From: a bacterium
GTDB lineage: Bacteria; UBA8248
NCBI GenBank assembly: GCA_965221655.1
Contig: OZ244906.1
Coordinates: 18,324 to 82,323, forward strand
DNA length: 64,000 nucleotides
Direction: 5' to 3'
Shown: in pieces, positions 10,266 through 20,381 of the stretch
Numbering within the stretch: the stretch's first letter is position 1
How the letters are laid out: the number at the start of each line of letters is the position of its first letter
The notes under the pieces: generated by a model
Databases searched by the model: none
What the model saw: the letters and a program-made list of their open reading frames with translations, nothing else
What the model was told of the DNA's origin: nothing
Program-made: the position numbers and the translations under genes

Positions 10266-11657
10266 GTGGCCGACCAGAGCCTGCGCGGTTTCCTCAAGAT
10301 GGTGGAGAAGCGCTTTCCCGAGGAGTTCGTGCGCATCGAGGAGCCCGTCGGCAGAGAAGACGTCACGCCGACGGTCTTCGAGTTCGAGCGCGCGGGCAGA
10401 TACCCCGTCATCCTCTTCAAGCGCGTGGAAGGCTTTTCGGGTTCGGTGGTGACCAACGTCGCGGCGAACCGCAAATTGCTGGCGGCGTGCCTCGACGTGG
10501 CCTCCGGCGACCTGCCGACCGCTTATAAGGATCGCTGCCAGAACTACCGCTCCGTGGAGGTGGTGGAGGAGGCTCCCTGGCGCGAGGTCGTGCTCGAAGA
10601 AGACGAGGTGGACCTCGGCAAGCTCCCCATTCCCTTTCACTTTCCCGTGGACGCGGCCCCCTACATCACGGCAGGGCAAATCGTGGCGCGCGACCCGGAG
10701 ACGGGCGTGGACACCACGGGCTTTCACCGCTTGCAGCTCAAGGGCAGGAACAGGCTCGGCGTCTCCCTCCACTCCAGGCGGCGGATGTACCACTTCCACA
10801 AGAAGGCCGAGGAGGCGGGGCACGCCCTGCCCGCGGCCGTCGTCATCGGGGTCCACCCGGTGCACTACATGGGTTCGATGGCCTACCACTACCCTCCCGG
10901 GGTGCGCAAATACGAGATCATCGGCGCGCTGTTCGGCGAGCCCTACCGCGTCGCCAGGTGCGGGACGGCGGACATCGAAGTGCCCGAGGGGGCGGAAATC
11001 GTGCTCGAGGGCGAAATTCTCGCCGAGGTGCGCGAGCCCGAGGGCCCCTTCGGCGAGTTCACGGGCTATGCGTCGTACCGCAGCACGCAAAACGTTTTCG
11101 TCGTCAAGCGCGTGCAGATGCGCGGGGACGCCATGCTCCACAGCGTGGCCTCGGGCATGTCGGCGGATCACATACTCATATCCTGCGTGAGCCGCGAGGC
11201 GGAAATCCTCAACACGCTGCGGCGCAACCTGCCGGGCGTCTCGGCCGTGCACGTTCCCTCAAACACGGCGGGTGCGCTTTTGGCCATCGTGCAGATGCGA
11301 AAGACCGCCGAGGGCCAGCCGCAGCAGGCCATCATGGCCGCTCTGGGTACGGAGTTTTACTGCAAGTGCGTGGTGGTCGTGGATGAGGACGTGGACATCT
11401 TCAACCTCTCCGACGTCGCCTGGGCGGTCATCACCCGAACGCGGGCGGATAAGGACATCAACTTCATCCACGGGGCGATGGGGGCGATTCTCGACCCTAC
11501 GTCCGACCCCGTCGACCACACCCTCACCAAGGTCGGCATCGACGCCACCAAGCCCGCCGGGCGCGATTTCGCCGAGCGGCTCCACATACCCGACGCCCGG
11601 CGCGAGCGGGTGCGCGGCATACTGGAGAGTGCGGGCATTCACCTCCAGGGTTCCTGA
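10266..11657 (+). CDS. UbiD-family prFMN-dependent (de)carboxylase
   Basis: DAAPYIT, GFHR, EGPFGEFTGY, VVVDEDVD and KVGIDAT; GTG start after GGGAG. Confidence 0.92.
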   Translation: MADQSLRGFLKMVEKRFPEEFVRIEEPVGREDVTPTVFEFERAGRYPVILFKRVEGFSGSVVTNVAANRKLLAACLDVASGDLPTAYKDRCQNYRSVEVVEEAPWREVVLEEDEVDLGKLPIPFHFPVDAAPYITAGQIVARDPETGVDTTGFHRLQLKGRNRLGVSLHSRRRMYHFHKKAEEAGHALPAAVVIGVHPVHYMGSMAYHYPPGVRKYEIIGALFGEPYRVARCGTADIEVPEGAEIVLEGEILAEVREPEGPFGEFTGYASYRSTQNVFVVKRVQMRGDAMLHSVASGMSADHILISCVSREAEILNTLRRNLPGVSAVHVPSNTAGALLAIVQMRKTAEGQPQQAIMAALGTEFYCKCVVVVDEDVDIFNLSDVAWAVITRTRADKDINFIHGAMGAILDPTSDPVDHTLTKVGIDATKPAGRDFAERLHIPDARRERVRGILESAGIHLQGS

Positions 11658-11670
11658 TACGAGGCGGGCG

Positions 11671-12633
11671 ATGGGCGAGAGAAGGGTCAAGCTCGGCGTG
11701 CTCCTCCCCACGCGCGGGGTGTTGCTGTGGAACGAAGGCGCACCCGACGCCGGCCCGGTGCTCGACCTCGCCGTGCGCGCGGAGGAGCTCGGCTACGATT
11801 CGGTGTTCGTGGGCGATTCGGTGCTGGCCAAGCCAAGGCTCGAAGCCCTGAGCGTGCTCTCCGCCGTCGCCGCCGCAACGAGCCGCGTAAAACTCGGCAC
11901 CGCCGTCTTCCTGCCTTGTCTGCGGGACCCCGTTTTCCTGGCCTACCAGGTGGCGACGCTCGACGTCTTATCGGGAGGGCGCGTGATTCTGGGCGTCGGC
12001 ATCGGCCCGCCCAAGCCCCGGGAGTGCGAACACGAGTTCGAGACGATGGGCGTTCCGTTCCGAAAGCGCATGTTCTACATGCAGGAACACATGACGCTCA
12101 TGCGCAGGCTCTGGACGGAGGAGAACGTCACTTTTGAGGGAAGATACTACCGCGTGGAGAACGTAACCCTCGCCCATAAGCCCATCCAGAAGACGGTGCC
12201 CATGTGGATTGCCTCCGCCGTGGTGGAGAGCGCCTGGCGCAGGGTGGCGCTTTACGGAGACGGTTGGTTCCCCAACCGCGTAACGCCCGGGGAATTCCGC
12301 GATACGTGGTCGAAAATCGCCCGTCTCGCGCACGAGAACGGGCGCGAGGCCGGCACCCCCGCCTGGTACATGACGACGTGCCTCGGCGACGACAAGGAGT
12401 CCGCCATGCGCAACGCCGAGGCGTTTTTGCTCGATTACTACTACACCCCCTTCTGGGGCGATTCCATCGAGAAGTGGGGCACCTACGGCCCGGCGCAAGA
12501 CCTGATATCGCGCATCAACGCCTTCATCGATGCGGGGGCGGAGCACGTCTCGCTGCGCTTTACGCACAAAGACCAGATGGGGCAGTTGGAGCGCTTCACG
12601 CACGAGGTGCTGCCCCACCTCAATCTGGGCTAG
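11671..12633 (+). CDS. LLM-class flavin/F420-dependent oxidoreductase
   Basis: LLPTRG, GDSVLAKPR, LDVLSGGRVILGVG and GDGW; paralog of 4213-5181. Confidence 0.9.
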   Translation: MGERRVKLGVLLPTRGVLLWNEGAPDAGPVLDLAVRAEELGYDSVFVGDSVLAKPRLEALSVLSAVAAATSRVKLGTAVFLPCLRDPVFLAYQVATLDVLSGGRVILGVGIGPPKPRECEHEFETMGVPFRKRMFYMQEHMTLMRRLWTEENVTFEGRYYRVENVTLAHKPIQKTVPMWIASAVVESAWRRVALYGDGWFPNRVTPGEFRDTWSKIARLAHENGREAGTPAWYMTTCLGDDKESAMRNAEAFLLDYYYTPFWGDSIEKWGTYGPAQDLISRINAFIDAGAEHVSLRFTHKDQMGQLERFTHEVLPHLNLG

Positions 12634-12699
12634 AGCGACTCTTGCGCTTTTTTCGGTATGGATGCCGCCCGTGCGCCGGGCGGAGGCTCACGACGAACT

Positions 12700-14022
12700 T
12701 TATGCGTCCTCGGCTCCCGGAATCCTGAGCGAGCGGAAGCGGCCTTCCAACTCACCCAGCGGAGCGGTGGCGTCCATGCCCATTTTGGCCGTTACGCCAC
12801 CCTCGGCGGAGGGGTCGAGGCGGCTGCCCCACGCCCCGGGGACGACGAAGAGGTCTCTGTCCGCCTGAAAGCGCGTCGCGAGTGCCCAGTCCACCCGGGC
12901 GGCGTCGTGCGCATCGATGTCGTGGTCCACGCAAATGGCGTGCTTCACGTCGTAGTGTGCGGCGAGGGCGGCCATGAGCGCGCTCTTCGCCTCGCCCTCG
13001 TTGGTCTTGCGCAGGCGAATCACGCAGTGGAAGCGCCCCGCGCCTGAGAGCGGCAGCGCCACGTCCTCAACGGCGGGCACCGCCTTTTGGAGATCGCGCA
13101 GCAGCCCCGCCTCTCGCGGCACAGCACCCATGAGCAGGTGGTCGTAGCCCGCCGCCACGATGGAGTAGAACACAGGGTTCTCGCGCATGGCGATGGATTT
13201 CACCCGCAGCACCTCGCGTTCTCCCGCCGGGCTGTAGTAGCGCGGAAATTCGCCGAAAGGCCCCTCGCGCCTGCGTTCTTGGGGGGGAATTTCGCCTTCG
13301 ATGACGATTTCCGCCCCCGCCGGCACGGGAATGCCCGACCAGGGGGCGGGCGCCACGTCCACCGCACTGCCTTGCAGCCCGCCCGCCGCCTCGAGTTCGT
13401 CTTCATCGGGTGCGAGCACGAGTTGGCTCGCCATCAGGAGCAGGGGGTCGAGCCCCACGCACACGGCGACGCGCAGGGCTTCTCCCCGCTCGGCGGCGCG
13501 CCGCATCATTCCTTTCAGGTGGCGCGGCAGCACGAGCAGCCCGAACAAGTCGGGTTCGAGGGCGTGCATCCGGTGAATCGAGACGTTGCCCGCACCCGTA
13601 TCGGGGTCGCGGGCGACGAACACGCCTGCGGAGATATAGGGGCCGCCGTCCAGCTCGTGGTAGGTAGGCAGCGGGAGGAGCTTCCTCACGTCGAATCCCC
13701 TGGTAACGACGTTGTGCAAAAACGGGGCGTCCGGGGCGAGGCGGGGCGCTATTTTCACCTCCTGTCTGCGTTGCACCTCGCGCAGCAGCTGTTCGGGCGC
13801 GACCCCCATGGTGTCCGCGTACCACGACCTTTGGCAGGCGATGTTGGCGACGACGGGCATGGGCGCTCCGTCGGTTTTCTCGAACAGGAGGGCTGCGCGC
13901 CCGTCCGCCTTTTGGGAGAGGGCGGCGAGTTCGTAGCGCAGCGAGACGCTGTGCGCGACGCGCTCGAGGCGTCCGCTTTCTTCCAGGTGTGCGAGCCAGG
14001 CTTTGAGGTCGCGGGTTTTCAT
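12700..14022 (-). CDS. UbiD-family prFMN-dependent (de)carboxylase
   Basis: DGGPYIS, SIHR, EGPFGEFPRYY, WALATRFQ and KMGMDAT. Confidence 0.92.
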   Translation of the reverse strand: MKTRDLKAWLAHLEESGRLERVAHSVSLRYELAALSQKADGRAALLFEKTDGAPMPVVANIACQRSWYADTMGVAPEQLLREVQRRQEVKIAPRLAPDAPFLHNVVTRGFDVRKLLPLPTYHELDGGPYISAGVFVARDPDTGAGNVSIHRMHALEPDLFGLLVLPRHLKGMMRRAAERGEALRVAVCVGLDPLLLMASQLVLAPDEDELEAAGGLQGSAVDVAPAPWSGIPVPAGAEIVIEGEIPPQERRREGPFGEFPRYYSPAGEREVLRVKSIAMRENPVFYSIVAAGYDHLLMGAVPREAGLLRDLQKAVPAVEDVALPLSGAGRFHCVIRLRKTNEGEAKSALMAALAAHYDVKHAICVDHDIDAHDAARVDWALATRFQADRDLFVVPGAWGSRLDPSAEGGVTAKMGMDATAPLGELEGRFRSLRIPGAEDA

Positions 14023-14070
14023 GTGGCGATCATGGCAAAGGCGGGGGCGGACGTCAAAAGAGCCGCTGCC

Positions 14071-14967
14071 TCATGTCTTCTCCGCGCGGAGCGTTTCGCG
14101 CAGGAGGACGAGGTAGTCGTTGGCGTAGGGGGGGAGGTGGATGTCGGTGCGCCTGAACAGGCCGATGCGTTTTTTCCCGAAGAGGTGGGATGCGTCGCGG
14201 GTCTGCCACCCGGCCCCGGCTTCGGGCCTGGGCCACAGCGCGTTCACCAAGGCGACTCCCGCCCCGCTCAGGACGGCCTCGTTGATGAGGGTGTAGGAGG
14301 AGGTCTCGAAGACGACGTCTATCGGCAGATTCGCGCGGGCGAAGGTGTGCTCGACGTGCTGGCGATCCGCCGTCCCGCGCTCGAGCAGTATGAGCGGATG
14401 GGCGGCGATGCTCCTTAAGCCGATGTTCCGCTCCCGCGCAATCGGGTGTCCCTCGGGACACAGCAGAAGGTATTCCGTCTCCGTCCACTCCTCGAAGGAG
14501 AAGTTTCCCCGCGCTTCGGGTGCGGAGCCGAAGGCAAAATCGACCGCTCCTTCCGAGACGTGTTCGAGCAGGTTCGTCCAGTTGCGCTCGAGGAGTGAGA
14601 CCTGCACGTTCGGGTAGCGCTTGCGGAATTGGGCGAGCGCCGCCTTGTGGCCTTTGAGGATCAGCATGGGGGCGGCCTCCGCCACGACGAGCCGTCCGTG
14701 CGTCTCCCCGCGCAGGTGCCGTTCGAGTCCGTCGAGCGACTCAAAAAAGGGCTTGAGCGCGTCGAAGAGGTATGCGCCGCTCGGGGTTAGCTGAAACTTG
14801 CGGCCTACGACCCGGTAGAGCTTCACGTCGAGGTTTTCTTCCAGGGCCTTCACGCGGATGCTGAGGGCGGGCTGCTGGATGGGGAAGGGCAGTTGCCGCG
14901 CCGCGCGGGTGAAGCCGCCGTGTTTCGCCACGTAGTAGAAGTATTCGAGTTGCCTGAGGTTCAGCAC
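14071..14967 (-). CDS. LysR family transcriptional regulator
   Basis: N-terminal HTH (LRQLEYFYYVAKHGGFTRAA...QPALSIRVKALE, LTPSG); about 300 aa. Confidence 0.93.
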   Translation of the reverse strand: MLNLRQLEYFYYVAKHGGFTRAARQLPFPIQQPALSIRVKALEENLDVKLYRVVGRKFQLTPSGAYLFDALKPFFESLDGLERHLRGETHGRLVVAEAAPMLILKGHKAALAQFRKRYPNVQVSLLERNWTNLLEHVSEGAVDFAFGSAPEARGNFSFEEWTETEYLLLCPEGHPIARERNIGLRSIAAHPLILLERGTADRQHVEHTFARANLPIDVVFETSSYTLINEAVLSGAGVALVNALWPRPEAGAGWQTRDASHLFGKKRIGLFRRTDIHLPPYANDYLVLLRETLRAEKT

Positions 14968-15099
14968 TTCGATAAACCCTCCTGAGTATTGCGTATTTTG
15001 ATGATGTGAGTGGGGAACTCTCCGGCTCCGGATATATGAAAACAGGTGCCGAAACCTCGGCTGTCCTCTCTGGACGCCGAAAAATAATACGCGAAGATC

Positions 15100-15114
15100 A
15101 TTAAATTATTCAAT
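15100..15114. promoter_or_regulatory. Candidate LysR T-N11-A box in the divergent intergenic region
   Basis: ATTAAATTATTCAAT, an AT-rich dyad (ATT-N9-AAT) between lysR and the CoA-transferase operon. Confidence 0.3.
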
Positions 15115-15253
15115 GGAGTGGATTCACGTTTTTTCCGTTGCGCATCCGGGGTCTTGCGGTTAATCTGATGCGCAACGTTCTTTGCGTACGGCGGGATTCC
15201 CCGGGGTGCGCGGAGTCGCTCGACCCTGTCTTTTCCCGTAGTGGAGAGGCGAC

Positions 15254-16207
15254 GTGACGCACGATTACCTTGCGCTCAGAGACCGTACCCAGGCGCGGGA
15301 CCGCAGCCTCAGGGACAAGGTGATGACGCTCGAGGAAGCCTGTGCTTTCGTGGGCGACGGCGAGCACGTCTCCCTGGGCGGCTCCACGGCTTCGAGAACC
15401 CCGTTCGCCATGATCTGGGCGCTCATCCGCGCGCGCAAAAAAAACCTCTCCTTCTCGCGCAGCATCGTCTCCACCGAGGGCGACCTCATATTCGCTTCCG
15501 GCGTGGGAAGCCACATCCTGACCAGCTGGTTCAGCCAGGGAATCGTCTGGGGCGTTTCGCGCGTGATGCGCCATTTTACCGAGAACGGACTCGCGCGCTT
15601 CGAGGAGTGGAGCCACATGTCGATCGGGCTCAGGTACAGGGCGGGGGCGATGGGCGTTCCCTTCATGCCGATGCGCTCGATGATGGGTTCCGACGTGGCG
15701 GGCAGGCTCGACGATCTCGAAGAGATGGCGTGCCCCTTTACGGGCGAGAAAGTTCTTCTGGTGCCCGCGCTGAACCCCGACGTCGCGCTGATTCACGTCC
15801 AGCGGTGCGACCCCTACGGCAACGCCCAGCTCGACGGCCTCACCTTCATGGACGTGGACATGGCGATGGCGGCGAACCGCGTCATCCTCACGACCGAGCG
15901 CATCGTCTCGAACGATCAGATAAGAAGAGCGCCTGATCAGACGAAAATACCCTTCTTCACCGTCGACGCCGTGGTGGAGGCCCCCTACGGCTGCGCCCCG
16001 CACGAGTGCTACGGGGTGTACGAGCCGCTGTTCTCGCACATGGACGAATACGCGGAGCGCACGCGCAAGAACCCGCTGGAGGGTGTTGCGGCCTACCTGG
16101 AAGAATACTACTACGCGCCGAAGAGCTGGACGGAATACCTCGACCTCATCGGGCTCGATAACCTTCTGGATGCGTCCCGCAGGGGGAGGAGCATTTATGA
16201 CGACTGA
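15254..16207 (+). CDS. Family I CoA-transferase subunit A (glutaconate/3-oxoadipate CoA-transferase-like)
   Basis: KVMTLEEA, GAMGVPFMP, CPFTG, PDVALIHVQ and DPYGN. Confidence 0.88.
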   Translation: MTHDYLALRDRTQARDRSLRDKVMTLEEACAFVGDGEHVSLGGSTASRTPFAMIWALIRARKKNLSFSRSIVSTEGDLIFASGVGSHILTSWFSQGIVWGVSRVMRHFTENGLARFEEWSHMSIGLRYRAGAMGVPFMPMRSMMGSDVAGRLDDLEEMACPFTGEKVLLVPALNPDVALIHVQRCDPYGNAQLDGLTFMDVDMAMAANRVILTTERIVSNDQIRRAPDQTKIPFFTVDAVVEAPYGCAPHECYGVYEPLFSHMDEYAERTRKNPLEGVAAYLEEYYYAPKSWTEYLDLIGLDNLLDASRRGRSIYDD

Positions 16208-16970
16208 GACGAAGGACTTCACGGCGTCCGAGCTTTTGTGCGTCATGAGCGCGCGCGCGCTCGAGGACGGCCAGGTCGTCTTCGCCGGCGTGGGGATTCC
16301 TCTGCTGGCCGCCACGCTGGCCCAGCGCCTCCACGCGCCGGGCGTCACCATTCTCTTTGAGGGCGGCACCATCGGCCCCCACGTCGTGCCCGGCCAGCTC
16401 CCCCCGACGACGAACGAGCAGCGCTGCACGCGCAAGGCGAACATGCTGGTGAGCATCACCGAGGTGTTGCTCCTGCTCCAGCGCGGCTACGTGGACGTGG
16501 GCTTCATGGGCGGCGCGCAAATCGACCAGTACGGCAACCTGAACAGCTCCTTCATCGGCAGTGCCGATGCTCCCGCCGTGCGGCTGCCCGGCACGGGCGG
16601 GGGGAACGACATATCGAGCCTCACGAGGATGATCGTGGCGATGCCGCAGGAGGAGCGCCGCTTCGTGGAGAACGTGGACTTCATCACCAGCCCCGGCTAC
16701 CTGCGGGGGGGAGCCTCCAGGCGCGATGCGGGCCTGATAGCGGGCGGCATGTACCGCGTGGTGACCGACCTGGCGATTCTCGGCTTCGACGAGGAGACGG
16801 GCCGGATGCGCGTCGAAGCCCTCCACCCGGGCGTAACGCCCGAACAGGTGCAGGAGAACACGGGCTTCGAGCTCCTCTTTGCGTCCTCGGTTCCGTTTAC
16901 CGAGCCGCCCACGCAAGAAGAACTGGCCGCCCTGCGGCACCTGGATCCGGACCAGGTCTACACCGCATAA
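16197..16970 (+). CDS. Family I CoA-transferase subunit B
   Basis: FAGVGIP, FEGG (catalytic Glu), GGAQIDQYGNLN, LPGTGGGND and HPGV; overlaps the subunit A stop. Confidence 0.88.
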   Translation: MTTETKDFTASELLCVMSARALEDGQVVFAGVGIPLLAATLAQRLHAPGVTILFEGGTIGPHVVPGQLPPTTNEQRCTRKANMLVSITEVLLLLQRGYVDVGFMGGAQIDQYGNLNSSFIGSADAPAVRLPGTGGGNDISSLTRMIVAMPQEERRFVENVDFITSPGYLRGGASRRDAGLIAGGMYRVVTDLAILGFDEETGRMRVEALHPGVTPEQVQENTGFELLFASSVPFTEPPTQEELAALRHLDPDQVYTA

Positions 16971-16982
16971 ACGGGAGCCTCC

Positions 16983-18248
16983 ATGAGCGCAGCGCACAGA
17001 GAGAAAATTCTGGCCCAGGTCGAGGCGCATCGTGAAGAAATCGTCTCTCTGCTCTCGACGCTCGTCCGCATACCGAGCGTAACGGGCGATGAGGGGGAGA
17101 TTCAAAACTACATTGCAGATTTCGTGCGCGAGATGGGCCTGGAGGTGGACGTCTGGGAGTCGGACTGGGAGGAGCTCAAAAAGCACCCCGAATACGTGCC
17201 CGTAACGCGGGGCTACGAGGGGAGGCCGAACGTGGTCGCCGTGCTCAAGGGCGCGGGCGGGGGCAGGTCGCTTCTGCTCAACGGCCACACCGACACTGTG
17301 CCCAACGGCCCCGACGACGCCTGGGAGCACGGCCCGCTTTCGGCGGACATCGAGGACGGACGCCTCTACGGGCGCGGCGCTTCGGACATGAAGAGCGGGG
17401 TGGCGGCCATCATCATGGCGGCCAAGTGCTTCATGGCGGCGGGGCTGAAGCCCGGGGGCGACGTGATTCTCGACTTCGTGGTGGACGAGGAGTTGAGCGG
17501 CCACGGCACCTTGGACACCATTCTCAGAGGCTACTCGGCGGACGCCGGCATTTGCTGCGAGACGAGCGGAAACGCCATCCAGCCCGGCTGCATCGGCAGA
17601 ATCTGGTTCGAGATACTCGTGCGCGGCAAAGCGGCGGGCATCCAGCGCAGGTACCAGGGCGTGAACGCCATAGACCTGGGCTACAAGATCGTCCAGGCCG
17701 TGGCGGAGCTCGAGAAAAAACGCCTGGAGACCGTCTCCCACCCCCTGTACCCCAAAATCATCGATGCGATTCCCTGCATGGTCGGCTCGATGGAGGCGGG
17801 CAGTTTTCCCAGCGCCTTCCCGGACACCTGCGTGCTCAAGGGCAGCCTCGCCACCGTGCCGGGCGAGGATCACGACGCGGCCAAACAAAGTCTGGTCGAT
17901 CAGGTGGCCCAGGCGGCGCAGGAAGACCCCTGGATGCGGGATCATCCCCCCGAGGTTCGTTTCGTGGGGTATTATGCCGAATCCGCCGCGGTCGACGCCG
18001 ACCACCCCATCGTCCACACCGTGGCGAACGCCTACCGGGAGGTGTCGGGCAAAACGCCCGAGATATCCGGACGCCAGGGGGCGGCGGACACGCGCTTTTT
18101 GAACGGCTTCGGCATCCCGACGGTCATTTTCGGGCCGGGTCCCACCACCCAGATGCACGCGAACAACGAGTGGGTGGCGGTGGAGGACGTCATCGACGCC
18201 ACCAAGACGCTGGCCCTCGCCATCCTGGACTGGTGCGGGGCGGAGTAG
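16983..18248 (+). CDS. ArgE/DapE-family M20 deacylase
   Basis: LLLNGHTDTV, GRGASDMKSG, VDEE, FGPG and HANNE. Confidence 0.9.
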   Translation: MSAAHREKILAQVEAHREEIVSLLSTLVRIPSVTGDEGEIQNYIADFVREMGLEVDVWESDWEELKKHPEYVPVTRGYEGRPNVVAVLKGAGGGRSLLLNGHTDTVPNGPDDAWEHGPLSADIEDGRLYGRGASDMKSGVAAIIMAAKCFMAAGLKPGGDVILDFVVDEELSGHGTLDTILRGYSADAGICCETSGNAIQPGCIGRIWFEILVRGKAAGIQRRYQGVNAIDLGYKIVQAVAELEKKRLETVSHPLYPKIIDAIPCMVGSMEAGSFPSAFPDTCVLKGSLATVPGEDHDAAKQSLVDQVAQAAQEDPWMRDHPPEVRFVGYYAESAAVDADHPIVHTVANAYREVSGKTPEISGRQGAADTRFLNGFGIPTVIFGPGPTTQMHANNEWVAVEDVIDATKTLALAILDWCGAE

Positions 18249-18264
18249 GGGCGAGGAGAGCGAG

Positions 18265-19221
18265 ATGGCAGGAGCGGACGTGAAATACGGAATCGCCATG
18301 CGGAATTTTACCGCGTATCCCGAACTCCCCGACGCGGCGGCACTCGTCGAATACGGCGTCGAGATGGAGGAGCTGGGCTTCGAGTCGCTCTGGGTGTGGG
18401 ATCACATTCTCCTGGGCGTGGAGCCGCACTTCCCCATCATCGAGTCGCTCACGCTGCTCACGGCGGTGGCCGCGCGGACGAGCCGCATCAGGCTCGGCAC
18501 GGGCGTGCTCGTCCTGCCGCTGCGCAATCCCCTCGTGGCGGCGAAACAACTCTCGAGCATCGATCAGATATCGAACGGCCGCCTCATCGTCGGCATGGCG
18601 TCGGGCTGGTACAAGCGCGAGTTCGACGCCGTGGGGGTTCCCTTCGAAAAACGCGGCAACATCATGGACCAAAACATCGAGATTCTCACGCGGCTGTGGA
18701 CCGAGGACATGGTGCGCGCGGAATACGGCCCCTACAACCTGAGAAATTCCGTCATGTTCCCCAAGCCCGTGCAGCGCCCGCGCCCGCCGATTCTCATCGG
18801 CGGCTACGTGGACCGCGTGCTCAAGCGCGCGGGCGAGAAGGGAGACGGCTGGCTCACCTATTTCTACACGCCGGAGAGCTTCACGCGCTCCTGGGAGAAG
18901 GTGTGCCGCTTCGCCGAGGAGGCGGGCCGCGACCCCGGCGCGCTCGAGAGCACGAACCAGCTTCCCATCATGGTGGGGGCGTCGCGCGCCGAGGTGGAAG
19001 AGCCCATGAACGAGTGGCTCCGAACGGAGTGGGACTACGCCGCCTGGAGCGAGTCCACGGCCCAGAGCGCCATCATGGGAAGCGTGGAGGATTGCGTGGC
19101 GCAGCTGCAAGAACACGTCGCCACCGGCGTGGACCGGCTCATCTTCGTGCCCTACAAATACGAACGGGCGCAGGTAGAAGCCGTGGCGAAGGAAATCATC
19201 CCCCGCCTGCGGGCGGGCTAG
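18265..19221 (+). CDS. LLM-class (F420-dependent-like) oxidoreductase
   Basis: GFESLWVWDH, RLGTGVLVLPLRNP, PKPVQRPRPPI and GDGW. Confidence 0.9.
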   Translation: MAGADVKYGIAMRNFTAYPELPDAAALVEYGVEMEELGFESLWVWDHILLGVEPHFPIIESLTLLTAVAARTSRIRLGTGVLVLPLRNPLVAAKQLSSIDQISNGRLIVGMASGWYKREFDAVGVPFEKRGNIMDQNIEILTRLWTEDMVRAEYGPYNLRNSVMFPKPVQRPRPPILIGGYVDRVLKRAGEKGDGWLTYFYTPESFTRSWEKVCRFAEEAGRDPGALESTNQLPIMVGASRAEVEEPMNEWLRTEWDYAAWSESTAQSAIMGSVEDCVAQLQEHVATGVDRLIFVPYKYERAQVEAVAKEIIPRLRAG

Positions 19222-19304
19222 CGAGACTCCCGCGCTCGCGCGAAGAGGGCCGAAAGCCCTTCGGGTGGTCGGTGCAACAGGGTTTTTCTTGGCGGAACTT
19301 GATC

Positions 19305-20360
19305 ATGGGCATCCAAAAAAGAGATTGGGATTCCTTCAGGCGCTGCTCGGAGAGCATCTTCGACGCCATCGGCGGCACCCCTCTGGTGCGCCTGAACCGG
19401 GTGGCGGCGGACGTCTCCCCCGACGTCTACGCGAAACTCGAGTGGTACTCGCCCTCGGGCAGCCTGAAGGATCGCATCTACTTCAACATGATCTCCAAGG
19501 CCGAGGAGCGCGGCGACCTGCGGGCGGGCATGACGGTGCTCGAGTGCTCCACCGGAAACGCAGGCATCGCCTGCGCGTTCGTCTCGGCGGTGAAGGGCTA
19601 CCCCTGCATTGTGGTCATGCCCGAGGGAATGAGCGAGGAGCGCAAGAAGCTCATGCGCGCCTACGGGGCCGAGCTGGTGTTCACGCCGGGCGGGGAGAGC
19701 GACGTGGACCTCGCTTTGGAGGAGCTGGAGAAGGTTCGCGCGGCCTCGCCGGAGAGCTACTGGGTGCCCGCCCAGTTCGACAACCTCGACAACAACGAGG
19801 CGCACTACCTCACGACGGGGCCCGAAATCTGGGAGCAGCTCGACGGGCGCGTGGACGCTGTTGTCGCCTCGCAGGGAACGGGCGGCTGGGTGAGCGGTGC
19901 GGGCAAATTCGTGCGCGAGCAAAACCCCGACGTGAAGCTCTACGCGGTGGAACCCCAGGAATGCCCCCTCCTGAGCCAAAGGGGCTGGGGGCCGCACGGC
20001 ATCGAGGGCATCGGGGACGGCTTCGTGCCCAAAGCGCTCGACCTCTCCCTGCTTTCGGGCATCGTGACGACGACGACGGAAGAATCCGTCGAAATGGCGC
20101 AGCGCCTCGCGCGCGAAGAGGGCATCTTCTGCGGCATCTCCTCGGGCTGCAACGTGGCGGCTGCCCTCAAGCTGGCGCGCAGGCACCCCGAACTCGGCAA
20201 CGTCGTCACGAACGTGAACGATACCGGACAGCGCTACTTCACCACCGTCTTATGCGGGGAGGAGAAGCACGTCGATATACCCGAACGCGACCACGAGGTC
20301 GACCCCTACAGCGCAGAGCAGTTGGATCGATACGCGCCGGAGTGGGAAATCATCACCTAG
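19305..20360 (+). CDS. Cysteine synthase family PLP-dependent enzyme
   Basis: IGGTPLVRL, SGSLKDR (PLP lysine), STGNAG, GTGG, IEGIG and GISSG. Confidence 0.9.
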   Translation: MGIQKRDWDSFRRCSESIFDAIGGTPLVRLNRVAADVSPDVYAKLEWYSPSGSLKDRIYFNMISKAEERGDLRAGMTVLECSTGNAGIACAFVSAVKGYPCIVVMPEGMSEERKKLMRAYGAELVFTPGGESDVDLALEELEKVRAASPESYWVPAQFDNLDNNEAHYLTTGPEIWEQLDGRVDAVVASQGTGGWVSGAGKFVREQNPDVKLYAVEPQECPLLSQRGWGPHGIEGIGDGFVPKALDLSLLSGIVTTTTEESVEMAQRLAREEGIFCGISSGCNVAAALKLARRHPELGNVVTNVNDTGQRYFTTVLCGEEKHVDIPERDHEVDPYSAEQLDRYAPEWEIIT

Positions 20361-20381
20361 AGCGCGCGACGAAACCCGTGG

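Noticed and set aside
19305-20360. Assigning cysK as a housekeeping gene
   Set aside because: The substrate loop is STGNAG rather than TSGNTG, and the gene lies inside a catabolic operon, so only the family-level call is supported.
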